A DNA stretch of 64,000 bases from Malacoraja senta (Eukaryota): NCBI GenBank assembly GCA_038087875.1, contig JAXLNO010005151.1, forward strand, positions 186,001-250,000, written 5' to 3'. Shown piece after piece: positions 40,101 through 53,557 of this stretch (position 1 is its first letter; each line of letters opens with the position of its first letter). The notes beneath the pieces were generated by a model. It did not search any database and was not told where the DNA came from. It worked only from the letters and a program-made list of their open reading frames with translations. A program made the position numbers and the translations under genes.

Positions 40101-40282
40101 TGTTGGAAGAATGATCAAACTCACACATAGTGGTTAGAATCCATAGTCTTTTATTAGTAACTCTGCAGAGGAAACACAAGGTGCTTTCTTCTCAGCATGC
40201 TTACTACCAGTCTACCAGAGAGAGAGAGAGCTGTCTAATAAGCCTGTGGGCGGAGCCACAGTATGAGTGACACTAATCTACA
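40101..40282 (-). mobile_element. Solo LTR (182 bp)
   Basis: TG...CA termini and perfect 5-bp TSD gatag (40096-40100, 40283-40287). Minus strand carries CCGCCC and AATAAA. Confidence 0.7.
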
Positions 40283-40321
40283 GATAGGCACAGGGATAAG
40301 TTTCGGTTTATTATTGTCACG

Positions 40322-40612
40322 TTTAGTTTCGAGGTACAGCATGAAAATAGGCCTTTTGGCCCACTGAACCTGTGCTGACTAACGACCACCCAAATATTAG
40401 TTCTATCCTACACACTAGGGACAATTTACAGAAGCCAAAAAACTTACAAACCTGCACGTCTTTGAATGTGACGGAACTGTAGCACCCGGAGATAACTCAC
40501 ATGGTCACAGGGAGAATGTATGAACTCTATATAGACAGCACCCATTGTCAGGATTGAACTTTGGTCTGTGGTACTGTAAGGCAGCAACTTTCCCTCTGTG
40601 CCACTGTGCTGC
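40322..40612 (-). mobile_element. V-SINE (HE1-like)
   Basis: Reverse-complement SINE consensus. Confidence 0.75.
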
Positions 40613-41917
40613 CCATGTACTGAGGTAGAGTGTAAAGCTTTGTTTTGCATGCTATCCAATTGGATGAGGTAACAAAATACATATATATGATCATCAAACT
40701 CAAGTACTGTAGGTAGAGCAAAGGGGAAGGTACAGAGTGTGGCATGTAGTTCTCAGCAATGTAGCACACCAGTTCCATTAGATAAGTGTTTCGACACGAA
40801 ACGTGACACATTCCTTCTCTCCAGAGATGCTGCCTGACCCGTTGAGTTACTCTAGCATTTTGTGTCTATCTGCGGTTTAAACCAGCATCTACAGTTCCTC
40901 CCTACATAGTTCTATAAACAAAGTCCACTGTCTTTAATGGGGTAGTGGTCAATTGGACAGTACCCTAGCTTATGGAACGATCATTCAGAAGCCTGATTTT
41001 CTCCTCGGTTATTAAGTTTCCGAGTAAGCCATTTGGTCCTCTAACCTGCCCACCATTCAATATGACCATGGCTGACGTTCCTCAGGCATCAACTCCTGTT
41101 CGATATCAGTTCCTCATTGCACTCAGTTCTCCAATTTAAGTTTAATTAAGTTAACTAACGCCACATTAAATGCTTCCAATGATTTTGTCTTCACAAATCT
41201 CTGGCGCCAGAGAATGACCACACTCTGCAAAAAGAGATTTTGTAAACAAATGACTGGTCTCTTTTATCTCTTATTGAAGAGGAGTGAAAATACTGCCAAT
41301 TTTAAGCTTGTCCCCTCCCCAATTGACCCTCATTTCGTAACTTGTCAATTATTTATTATTGTCAATAATATGCCCTAGTGAAAAGATTTGCCGATGGTAT
41401 TAGTTTATTATTGTCACATGAACTGTGATATAGTCAAAAGTTTGTCTGTGTGTTATCCAATCAGATCATACTACACATGTGCAATCAAGCCATCCACAAG
41501 TAGAACAGTGCAAAGAGAAAAATTCTCAGAGTGCAGAATATCGGGTTACAATATCATAGCATTACAGTTACAGAGAAAGTGCAGATCAAAAAGAGTTGCA
41601 AGGATCACAATGAGATTGGTTGGAAGATCAGGGCAACATCTTATCTTACATGAGAACCATTCAGTAGTCCAATAACAGTGGGGAAGAAGCTGTTCCTGAA
41701 TTTAATGGTACGTACTTTCAAACTTTCTTGTGTACTGTCTTAACAGGGAGCGTGCGATCCCTTTTAAACCACGTGGTTGGTTGATGGTGACGAAAGAGGC
41801 AAAATGGGGCAGATGTGGACAGTAACTTGGTTGTTGTAGTGGACTGAAGAATATTTTGTGGTGGGTGACTGTGCAAGTTTTACTGAAGATGAAAATAACC
41901 ATCTTACTGTCTTGTAG

Positions 41918-42184
41918 TTTCCCCTGAGGTCACTCTCGCTGCCCGCCCTGATGATCATTCAGTCCTGTACTGCACTGTGTTTGGATTTTACCCACCGGCC
42001 ATCAATGTCAGCTGGTTGCAGAATGGTCAACATGTCTCTGAGACCAAATCTTCTGGGGTCATACCCAACAACGATGGAACATATCATCTAAGGTCTGTCC
42101 TTGAGTATGATCCGTATGATGGGAAACAGTATTCCTGTCATGTCGATCACAGCAGCCTGCCCGGTGGGAAGACCATCATCTGGG
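41918..42184 (+). CDS. MHC class I-like alpha3 (Ig-C1) domain exon (phase 1-1, 267 nt)
   Basis: Acceptor ...cttactgtcttgtag| and donor |gtaaga. Translation SPEVTLAARPDDHSVLYCTVFGFYPPAINVSWLQNGQHVSETKSSGVIPNNDGTYHLRSVLEYDPYDGKQYSCHVDHSSLPGGKTIIW has the C1-set motifs C..GFYP....W, PN.DGTY and YSC.V.H.SL. Confidence 0.95.
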
Positions 42185-44867
42185 GTAAGAACGTTAAATA
42201 TTCTTTCATAGATAATCATTATCTTCTGTTGTTTCCATTTTAATCATCATGAATACATCCCATATTCCAAGATGCTTAAACTTTCTTTGTTTAGTGGTGT
42301 TGCTCTAAGTAATCACGTAATCAGCACCCACTCTCCGCATGAGCAGAAGACTTTGTCAACAGAACATTTATCAAAAGTAAATAAATAACTAATATATAAG
42401 GAAGGAGTATTTGAGATTCTCAGTGGTGGAACTGAAATCTATGAAAGGTATGTTTAAATAAAAAATGAATCTTTCCTCATGATGTGATTAACAGCAAGGC
42501 ACTGGGGGAGTACATGCCCCAATCTGAATCAATGGTCCGAAGTGGAAATGATTGAGAGCTTCATGTTCCTTGGCATGAATTTATCCAATATTCTGTAAAG
42601 GACTGACCACATAGCCAAGGAGGCACACCGACACCTCTACTTCCTCAGGAGACTGAGAATATTCATCATGTCTCTGGTGACTCCAGCAAACATCTATAGA
42701 TGCCGCTAGAGAAAGCATGTTGTTGGGTTGCATCACATCTTGATTTGGGAACTGCACTGCCCAAGACTGCAAGAATATACAAAGAGTTAAAGATCATCAC
42801 ACAGGCCAGACTTCCCACTATTGGCTCAATCTACACTAGGTTGCCTTGGAAAACGAGACTTATCCCAACCTTCCTCCTTCTTGCTCCCATCAGGCATTAG
42901 GTACAGAAAGTTGAAAATATGCACTGCCAGACTCAGGAACACCCCCTTTCCACCTGTTAACAGGCTTCGGAAGGGTCCTTCCATAATGTAGGTTTAATGC
43001 CCGATTCACCTCAACCTCATTGAACATTGAACATTGTCCATGGAACTGATGTGTTACAATGCTGAGAACTATATTCTGTACTCTGTATCCTCCTCTTTGC
43101 TCTATCTATTGTTTTTGAGTTTGTATTTATGTATAGTTTTATAATTTGTTTGGATAGCATACAAAACAAACTTTGCTCATATTTTGAAACATCTGGCGTT
43201 AATAAAACTAAACCTAATGAAGTAAGTTCCATGACGCAAGTTACAGATTCAGCAACGAAAAATATAACTGCCTGACAAACAGCGATCGTAGAAGTTTGAT
43301 TCCAAGTATGCTGCACTAACCTACACAAATGCTCACTTTTGAAGATTCCCTCGAACAATGCACAACTAAGGAATCTGATGTTTCACTCTGAAGACTGTTG
43401 ACATACCCCAGAACTTAATTTCCAACCTATCTATGTATCATCAGCAATCTAGGCTACAGCGCCACCAGTCCCTTCATCTGCTCTTAATACCAACGATAAG
43501 TAGTTCACTTTCTTGCATTGATTCCCAACCTGCAGTTGCAGTTTCCCAACCAGAACACTCCTTTAAGACAACTCTCTGCTTGCTCTTAATTGTTTTTCCA
43601 TTCATGCTAATTATTACCCCCAATGTCATAAGCCATGTGCCTTTGCATCACTTGATCAGATATCTTATGAAAATCCAGATATTGTGGCGACATCTGGTGG
43701 TCAGGCCACTTATTGCTAGAACCCTCGTCAGGGGAGCTGGGACTATCACGTGACAGGGTTTTGGTGGGAGTTGGTGATGAGTTAATCGCCAGTCAACTGG
43801 TGTGCCCGATAACAACGGCAGGAACTTTGCTCAAGTCCTTACTAAACGCGAGTGGGCCAAAACTGTATTTCTTTAAAAAAACATTGATTTGTTCACGACG
43901 TTTGGATCTCTACAATATATTGTATTTCTTTTGTTTCTCATTCCAATTTTGTTACCTATTCTGCTTTTCCATCATTTGGTTTATGAATTTTAGGCTTTTC
44001 ACACCTGCTGCTCGAATATACATTGTCTACGGGTTCCTGTTGCATTTTCAAAGAGTTCTAATCAATTTCTCAAACAAAGTTTGAAGAAGGGTCCCAAAAC
44101 GAAACGTCACCTGTCCATGTGTAAGAAGAAACTGCAAATGCTGGTTTACACCAAAGATGGACACAAATTGCTGGAATAACTCAGCTGGTCAGCCAGCATC
44201 TCTGGAGAAAAGGAATAGGTGATGAATCCATGTTCGCCAGAGATGCTGCCTGTTCCGCTGAGTTACTCCAGCATTTTGTGTCTATTATGTATATTCTTTC
44301 CACTGACTGGTTAGCATGAAACAAAAGCTTTTCACTGTACCTCAATACATGTGACAATAAACTAAACTAAAGCTTTTGTGTAAATCAGTATCTGCATCTC
44401 TTTCTTTCTACAATTTTCCTGATAATGCCCTGATAATGCACTTTATTGTTTTGTTATTACTTAAATGTTCTGCCATTATTGAAAGGAATCCAGCATTTTC
44501 CCCAAAACAAATGTTAGTTTATATAGGGTTAAAGCTTTCTGCTTTCAATTCACCTTCTTTCATGAATTAAGTTGTGGCTGTGATGGTGCCATATATCATA
44601 GTTGTACAGAACATATATTGTCCCTTTGCCATGCTGCAGAACTCCGTGATTCAAAACACCATATCATCTTATATACCTTGAAAAGCGCCAAATATAGACA
44701 CAAAATGCTGGAGTAACTCAGCGGTCAGGTAACATCTCTGGAGAAAAGGAATAGGTGGCATTTCGGGTCGAGACCCTTCTTCACCCTGAAGTCTTCAGAC
44801 AGTGCCCATCTATTTAGCTGCACAGCTTAACAATTGATTTGTAAAATTATGCATTCTTATTTTTCAG

Positions 44868-44975
44868 AAGGAAATAGGAAGAAAGACAGGCACATAGGCC
44901 TTATTGCCGTGTGTGTGCTGATATTGCTGGCTATTGTCTTGGCAGTAATTGTTTGGTGGAGAAAAAAGAGGAGAG
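44868..44975 (+). CDS. Connecting peptide/transmembrane exon of the MHC class I-like gene (phase 1-1, 108 nt)
   Basis: Acceptor ...ttcttatttttcag| and donor |gtaaga. In frame with the alpha3 exon: EGNRKKDRHIGLIAVCVLILLAIVLAVIVWWRKKRR, i.e. a hydrophobic span followed by a basic stop-transfer. Confidence 0.88.
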
Positions 44976-45227
44976 GTAAGATGGAAAAATTGTGATGCAC
45001 TGTTGCTAGTAAAGGTATTGGGCTTGAAGAAATGATCGATCTCAAGTAGGATAAGGCAGCAGCTACACCTGAAATGCCTCGACAGTCACCACTGTCAACT
45101 AGCCTTTGTGCTGTTGTTAAATGTTTCTGATAATCAGATATTTAAAAATTGTGAATTCAGTGTAAAAAAAAGTTAAACATTATGGATTCACTGCCCCAAA
45201 TCCTAGAAATATCAATGAGTCATTAAA

Positions 45228-45905
45228 AAGTACAGCATGGAAGCAGTCCTTTTGGCCCACCGTGTCCATGCCAACCACCAACCACCTGTTCTCATGAATT
45301 CTATCTCATTGCACCTTCTCATCCAGTCACCCACCCACTAGGGGCAATTTACAGTGGCCAATTAAACTATAAACTGACACATCTTAGGATGTGTGAGGAA
45401 ACCGGAGCCCCTGGAGGGATCCAATGCGGTTACACGGAGAACATGCAAACTCCACATAGATGGCACTCAAGGTCAAAATTGAACCCGGGTCTGTGTCGCT
45501 GTGAGGCAGCAGCTCTACGAGTTGTGACACTGTGCTGCTCTGTTGGGGGCTCGCACTGTTCATGATCCAAGTCAGCTACGAGGCAGATTGGTTGCAGTTT
45601 AACATTTACTAGTTTTGTTTAGTTTAATTTAGAGATACAGTGACGAAATAGGTCCTTAGGCCCATCGAGTCTGCGCTGACCAGCGATCCCCGCACATTAA
45701 CACTACCCTATACACACACACCATGCCAATTAACCTACATACCTGTACGTCTTTGGAGTGTGGGAGGAAACCTTAGATCTCGGAGAAAACACACGCGGTC
45801 ATGGGGAGAACGTACAAACTCTGTACAGACAGCATCAGTAGTCGGGATCGAACCCGGGTCTCCGGTGCTGCAAGCGCTGTAAGGCAGCAACTCTACTGCT
45901 GCACT
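45228..45905 (-). mobile_element. Two tandem V-SINEs (~45228-45542, ~45613-45905)
   Basis: Reverse-complement SINE consensus twice. Confidence 0.75.
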
Positions 45906-46838
45906 CAGTAGCTGCCACCAAGGCCGCTGTTGCTGGAAGACTCTATGTTTCTATGACTCAAAATTAAGTGGGAATGTGAGTAGTGGGAGAAATGGTTCAA
46001 TGTGGAAAGTCGAATGAATGAGCAACAACATGACAGGTGGACTACAATGTGAAACAGGGCAGCACAGAGCCAGAGACCTGAATTAAATACCGACATCGGC
46101 TGTTGTATCTGTAGAGTTTGCATGTTGTTCCTGTGACCATGTGGGTTTCCCCAGGTGCTCTGGTTTCCTCCCACATCCCCAAAACATGGTTTGGTAGGTT
46201 AGTTGTCCCCTAGATTGTGCATGATACAATGTGGGGAGAGCTGATGAGAATGTGGGACAAATATAGGATTAGTGTACATGAATGGTTGGTGCAGGTCAGT
46301 GGGACAAAGGCCATGTTTGTATGCTGCATATTTCCATGACTCTTTATGATGTAGAAAGATGTTGACTATTTTTGATTTATAAGATTGGGAAAGACTGTGA
46401 GGGACAGTGCTAGAGTAACTCAGCAGGTCAGGCAACATCCCTGGAGACCATGGATAGGTGACAATCTGGTTCGAGACTCTTCAGGCAAATTACAATGGGT
46501 ATTCCTCCGCTTAAGTCTGATAGTAGTGTACAGATGCACCTCAACCACTGACTTGCTCAACAAGTGCTTAAATTAGTTGAATTAAAGTATGTTTGGAGTA
46601 ACATGCAGCAGTCCTTAAAATCTACCATTTCCCAAATCCCAAGAGAGCTGGATGATCAGGGTTTTAGTGTAAATTCAAAGTCATCTATATCACTGATTTC
46701 TTGCCTGTGATCACACTGTTGTAAGATATATTCTGGTGATGAATTGCAGTTCACTTTCCTCCTGTGTAAAGGAGTTATTGTGTTGAATATAACAAGTGGA
46801 GGGAAAGTCAGTGTAGGATTTAGAGTTTGTACGTAATG

Positions 46839-47130
46839 CAGCATGGTAGTGCAGCTGGTAGAACTGCTGCCTCACAACGCCAGAGACCCAGGTTCAATCT
46901 GGACCTCGGGTACTGTCTACGTGGAGTTTGCATGTTCTCCTTGTGACTATGTGGGCTTCCTCAGGGAGCTCCGGTTTCCTCCCATATCCCAAAGATGAGC
47001 AGGTGTGCAGGTAATCATCCTCGGTAAGTCACCCTGATAGTGTAGGGGGTGGATGGGAAATCTATTATGAATGGGTGATTGCTGGTTAGTATGGATTTGG
47101 TGGCACAAATGGCCTGTTTACACACTGTAT
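46839..47130 (+). mobile_element. V-SINE (HE1-like), followed by a CR1 tail to ~47310
   Basis: SINE head and core, then a CR1 3' UTR. Confidence 0.75.
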
Positions 47131-48537
47131 CACTGTTTTCAAGAGAGAGTTAGATTTAGCTCTTAGGGCTAAGGGATTCAAGGGATATGGGGAAACAGCC
47201 AGATCGGAGTATTAATTTTGGATGATCAGCCATGATTGTATTGAATGGCGGTGCTGGCTCAAAGGGCCGAATAGCCTATTCCTGCACCTATTTTTTTATG
47301 TTTCTATCTTTCTATTAAATAAACTAAATTGGAAGACAGAAGGTATTTACTGATGCATCTTCACACCAGCTGTAAATGTCATAAACTGTGAGAATTGATT
47401 GCAAATGTTATACAATATTATAAACTAAACTGGGTGATCAAAATGACAAGATGGATGAAGAGCAGAGTTTTCATTGAAATAACAGACGTGCAGCTTTCTC
47501 GAGCACTTGGCCTTGGTTGTGTATAATTTCCTCTTCAAAATACAATGTTCCCTGGCATTTCTGGTCTGAGGCACCATTCAGCAAGTATATTTCCTGAAAC
47601 GGAGGTTCTGCTTTCATGGTATCAAGATGTCCAACAGCTCCAGCACCCAGATCAGAACCTTGCCAAAACTAAGAATGCAGCAACAATTTAGTCATTGAAC
47701 ATCAACGACATGCATATTTGAACTGAGGCAATGGTTAGCTTATTATCACTGTAAACCAGTCGTGGTCATGGGTCTGCCATTGTGGTCACTATTAGTGAGG
47801 GTGATTAACTATCATGTAGCAGTGAAACGGAAAAGAATTGGCTTTTCAAGCCCACGGAGCCATAGAGTCATACGGCATGGAAATGGCCACCTCAACTTGG
47901 CCATGTCAACCAAGATGCCATGTTTAAACTACAATTTACCTGCAATTGACCCATATCTCACTGAACCTTTCCTATCTACAGTATGTACCTGTCCAAGTGT
48001 GTTCTAAATGTTTTTTAATACCTGCCTCAACTCCTTCTGCTGGAATGTTCTTCCATATTCCCACTTCCTCTGGTTCCGAGTAACTCGTTTCCTTCTCACC
48101 TTAAACCTAAGTCCTCTGGTTCTTGATTACACAAGGCTGGTTAAAAGATTCCGTGCATTCAATCTATCTATGCTCCTTGATTTTATAAACTTCTATAAGA
48201 TCACCCCTCAGCCTCTTGCGTGCCAAGGACTAAAGTCCAAGCATTCTCATCCTCTCCCTGAATCACAGGCCCTGTTAATGACATCCTTCCGATAGTGGAG
48301 TGACCAAAACTTAACACATTACTCCAAGTGTGACCTCACCAACATCTTGTACAACTGTAGCAGAACATCCCAACTTTTTTATTCAGTACCTTTCTTTTAA
48401 AATCTTTTTATTGTTTTTTTTCAAAAAAACAAAAACAAAAATAAAACATAAAAAACAGAGCAAAAAGAATAATGATAAACATAACAATGGTATTGATACA
48501 TAGGGATCATGATTACATTAATAACAGGTATAAACTA

Positions 48538-51500
48538 ATAGTAAGATTAAACGAGAACTTACCTAAGTTTGAAGTTTGATCTTTATTTTATGAGGAGTTA
48601 CGTAGGTGATTACGTGAAGAACCCCGCCAGTGCGCCAATCTTCAAAGCAGCGGTGTGAAATCACAAAAAACAACAACCGAAGTAATATAGTCTCATAATA
48701 AAACGAGTAATACAAGAACTTCAATCTGACCTTTATGATAGAGGGTAGGGTCATGGCGGGCACGTAATCACCTACGTAACTCCTCATAAAATAAAGATCA
48801 AACTTCAAACTTAGGTAAGTTCTCGTTTAATCTTACTATTTTACTTCGGAGTCACGTGAGTTACTACGTGAAGATTTTAAAGCTTTGTGATTTCATGCCG
48901 TAGATCAATCCCGGCTTCTCACTGCATAGATTGACTCGGAACGAGAATAATCAATCATGCATTCATAATAACATTTGTACCACAAATGCAGTCATTCATT
49001 TCAATAATGAAATTAATCAGATCCCCTTTATACCAGAGGAATTTACACAGAACTTAAAATAGTTTCTGCACACAATCCCGCATTAACAATAGGCCGATGG
49101 TAAAAATGTTGAAACATCAACTCATTGGACCATCCGGCGGCTGCGAGGATATGGTCGACGGGGACGTCTTATGCCCTGGCCGCCGACATTTCTGCTGCCC
49201 TAGTCGAGTGAGACGTAAAAACATAAGTGTTAATATCAGCAGCTGTTATGACTTCTTTTATCCATCAGGAAATAGTCTGTATTGAAACTCTCTTGTGTGG
49301 TTTCTTGTGTGTGATTAACAACCCAGTTTCCGTATTTCTTAAATGCTTTGTGACCTCAATGCATTGTCACAAATATGTCTTAACACAGAGACAAGGATCA
49401 TTTGGATATGCTGCTAGCATAATTTTAAATCCTGTCACACCTGGCCTAATTTGCTTTAATAGGTCATAGATATAGAATGTAACCTTGTCTTCAGTTACTT
49501 CCATAGTATCTATTTGTAATTTTCTAAGTGTTTGCACTCGTTGTGCAGTCACTCATGCCATAAGCATGAATACTTTCATCCTGAGCTTGACCAAAGGTAA
49601 AGACACACTTGGTGACCATTCACGAAGTAGTTTCAGTACCACACTTACATCCCAGATTGTCATGTACCTAGGTTTCGGTGGTTTGGAATTAAAGATTCCT
49701 TTCATTAGTCTGGAAAGAATTGGGTGTGACCCAATTGGGTTTATTTCTGAATCCAGAACCAAATATGAGGGCAATGCACTTATGGCTGAATTAATTGCAC
49801 TACAACTCAGACCTTCATCATAATAGAGTTTTGACAGATTTTCTAAACATTTGAAATATCTGCAGTACTATATTGCAAATTCTTTTGTACACAGAACTTT
49901 TCCCATTTCTTAATATAAGAAAGGTACTGTTTTTGGAGTGCTCTTCCTCCAGGCTGCCGTAAGCATGTCCACAGTACGTTCAGACAGTCCTCGCCCCAGA
50001 AAAGGCCTTCTTAAACCTGCAAATCAACAAATCCAAACAATCATTAGATTAGATAGATTAGATTAGATAGCCCTTTATTGTCATTCAGACCGAAGTCTGA
50101 ACGAAATTGCAACAGTCATACATAAAACAACAATAAACACATATTAACATCCACCACAGTGAGTCCACCCAACATCTCCTCACTGTGATGGAGGCAAAAG
50201 TCTTAGGTCTGCAGTCTCTTCCCTCCTCTTCTCCCTCTGCGCTGAGGCGATACCCCCCGGGCGATGTTTCCCGCGGCTCAAACACCGCGGCCCGGGGTGG
50301 TCGATATAATGGATGTTGTTTCCCTGTTACAGGGTGCAGCAACAAATTACTCCTTTTGGGGACTTTCATCAACATTTGTGTTGTTAATTCTAATATCAAC
50401 AGATACCATGGCTGTGTAGGCCAATCTGGTATTACCAATACACCTGAATCAGCATCTTGCCTGACTTTAAGCAAACACTGGCTTATAAGGCAGAAAAGTG
50501 GAAATATATATGACAACATATCACTCCAATGTAGCGAGAAAGAATCAATCGCCACTGCTCCTGGATCTGATTCACATGAGACATATCTCGATAGCTGATG
50601 ATTCAGCCTAGATATAAACAAGTCAATGTTGGGCATTCCAAATCTGATTACTATATCATTGAATACCTCTCGATTCAACATCCATTCTTATTATCATGGA
50701 ACTTTCGTGACCTGGTGTCTGCTATCGTGTTCATTCTACCTGGTAGATAGATAGCTGAAATCCAAATATTCTTTTCAATACACCCAGTCCAAAGTTGATT
50801 AGCCATTTTGTCACATGACCCTGACTTGATTTCATCCATATCATTAATATAGGCAATTGCTGTTGTGTTTATCAATCTGAACTTGGACATGCCTTTTAGT
50901 TGTGTTAGAACAATAACCTTGGAGTCCATAGAAACATCCTAAAACTCCAAATAGTTAACTCCCCATGTCTGCAGTAACAATGACTCTTCCTGATTCCATC
51001 TGCCTCCGCAGCTAGATGCTAAGTCAGTTTCACCCCATCCTAGTGTACTGGCATCTGTTTGTAATATCATGGAAGGTTTGTTCAATCAGCACTCTGCTGG
51101 AACTGCTTGAGACATGTAGAATCCACCACTGCAGATCAGAAACAGCATTTGTTGTCAGTTGCATGGTTCTATCAAAATGACCAACATGCATTCTCAGTGC
51201 CTGTTCTTTAACTCTCTGCAGCTGTTGATAATATAATGGTCCGAATTGGACTGCTGGGAATGCTGCTACTAATTTTCCCAGTACTCAAGCCACCTGTCTG
51301 ATCGAGGGGTTTTGCTCGTTTACCAGATTACTGCAATCTTTAATCAACTCCACCCTTTTTTCACTGGGCAAAGTAATTTTCATTTGGACTGAATCAATTG
51401 TGAACCCCAAATAATCAATCGAGGTACATGGTGTTAACCTTGATTCCTTTGGATGAATTAGAAACCCCAAACTTTCAAAAGTTGATTTCACAACTGCCAC

Positions 51501-53557
51501 AGATGCTTCTGTTGACTGTTTTGTCCTTCCTATTATCAGCACATCATCCAAAATATGCCACTAGTACATGCCCCTGGCTTCTTAGCAACCCCAGAACTGG
51601 TTTTAATAATTTTGTGAATATTCTGGGAGCGGACGTTAACCCATTAGGCAAAGCTTTGAACTGCCATAACTGGTTCATCCATGTAAATTTAAGATACTGA
51701 ATATGTATCTTTTAAATTTATAGTTGCCATATGACATGCTTCTGAAATAAGTTGTTTGGCAGTCACAAATATCTCTTTTAAAATGTTTAAATTAAACAAA
51801 AGGATTCAGACTTGTCAAGTCTAGAATAATCCCACATCCTCAATCCTTTTTTGATCGATGGAATATATTTAACACAAATTGGTGAATTTGGTAGACTGAT
51901 TCTTCAATAACACATTTTATATATAGGGTTTGAAACGCAGCTTGAACCTCCATCACTTCTTTTTGTGCAAACCATATGACAATTACAGCAGGAAAACAGG
52001 CCATCTCGGCCTTTCAAGTCCATGCCGAAGAAGTGGAGAATTCTGCTAGGAACATGCTGGACAGGCAAATCATAATTTGGATTGAATTCAATTCAAAATC
52101 CTTGTATACTATTCAGAATTACCACATCTGAAGTAATCTTCCAATTGTTTATAGAAGAGACATAATCTGCCGCCAACTTTTGGACTTAATCCAGTTAGTA
52201 TGTTCCCATGAGAACCAGGTCCACCTACCTCTTGAGTCATTTGAGTACTCTGAGATTCCTGGATTCTCCCGGAAGCACCCTCACTGGTTCTTGCTCCCAC
52301 TGCAGGCCGCCAGCTACGTCCCTGCGTTAATGTGCGACTTGGTCCTGTCCAGGATCCGTATGACATCTGAAAGGATATTCCTCTTTACAGACTTTTCAAC
52401 CATTGATGTTTTCATCAATCCTGTTTTCGCTTCATCTTCCAACTCTTTAACACATCTCTCGAGATCCTCTCCAAAGAGTAAGTTGGGTAATTGTACATTA
52501 CTTGGTTTGCAGAGTGCTGCGAATTTCGGATTCATAATAGGCCGTATAGCACCTTTCCTCGGACAATTGATCTCGAAGTGGGTGCTGCATAGCAACCCCA
52601 GTGCTTTCTGATGCAACTCCGTCATCTCTTGGCTTTTATCCGCTATTCTGGCAAAGCAGTTATTCCAGCAGCTTTAATATTCTCTGCCATTTCAATTCTT
52701 GAGTTCTCATAATCATACTCAACTCATATTTTCTTGCATTCTCATTCATTTCCTGCTGTTCCAGCTGATGGGAAACCAAGTAATTTATTAGGGAGGCCAA
52801 TTCTCTTCTAATGGCTCTCCTGACTCTGACGGGGCAGCGAATCATACTGCCAGGGGTGGAACATCTGTACATCACGTACATCACGGCTACTGTGACAAAT
52901 CACATAGAGCCTCACCGTCAGAATCAGGGTCTGAAATCTCATGACCCGTGGCACGCTCCTCATCCCTGAGGGTGCATTCTATCAGCCCTGAACCAGGAGC
53001 TGTTGAGCTGCTTCCAGCAGCTTGGTTTTCAGTACACTCTTACCTGAGTGTGCTTTGCTCCAACAGCCTATGTAGCAGGCTTTCCATTTGGGCAATACGC
53101 TTTAAAAGCAGTATCTAGCCCTGGAGCTTCCATTTCCTGGGACTCCTCCTCCGTGGCCCGTTTCAATTCGGACTTGGCCTTGCGCCCGACAGGCGTTGAC
53201 TGCCCCAGGTCCACAGTCGCTATGCTCACCGCTGACGACTGTACCGGGGTTAGAGGCGGTTGGTCGCTACCCGCAGACTCCCGACTTTCCCGACTTTCTG
53301 TCGGCTGTGTCGCTCGCCTCTTCCCCCTGCCCATTTTTTCCCATGGCATCTGTGGAAGAAATCCCCACAGACCCACAGTAAACGGACATGAAAAAATACT
53401 AAAAAAGTTTTTACTTACCTTGTAGTTAAAAAACTACAAATCCACTGAGGAGCTCTGCTCCTCACGTCCGTTTGCGACAAGGCGTATGACGTAATGACGC
53501 GCAGGCGCACTGGCGGGGTTCTTCACATAGTCACTCACGTGATTCCGAAGTAAAATA
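48538..53557 (-). mobile_element. DIRS1-type tyrosine-recombinase retrotransposon, near full length, degenerate ORFs
   Basis: Inverted termini (aagaaccccgccagtgcgcc at 48617 vs ggcgcactggcggggttctt at 53504) and an ICR at 48761-48874. RT (MDDVLII, IDYLGF), RNaseH (AIYLPGRMNTIAD..SR), MTase-like (IDLF...WSDMLSYIFP...IPDWPTQPW) and YR-like segments. Confidence 0.92.
48761..48874. repeat. DIRS internal complementary region (ICR)
   Basis: Reverse complement of 48538-48616, joined directly to the reverse complement of 53520-53557. Confidence 0.92.

Noticed and set aside
47486-47526. Possible cytoplasmic exon DVQLSRALGLGCV*
   Set aside because: Weak polypyrimidine tract and no independent support.
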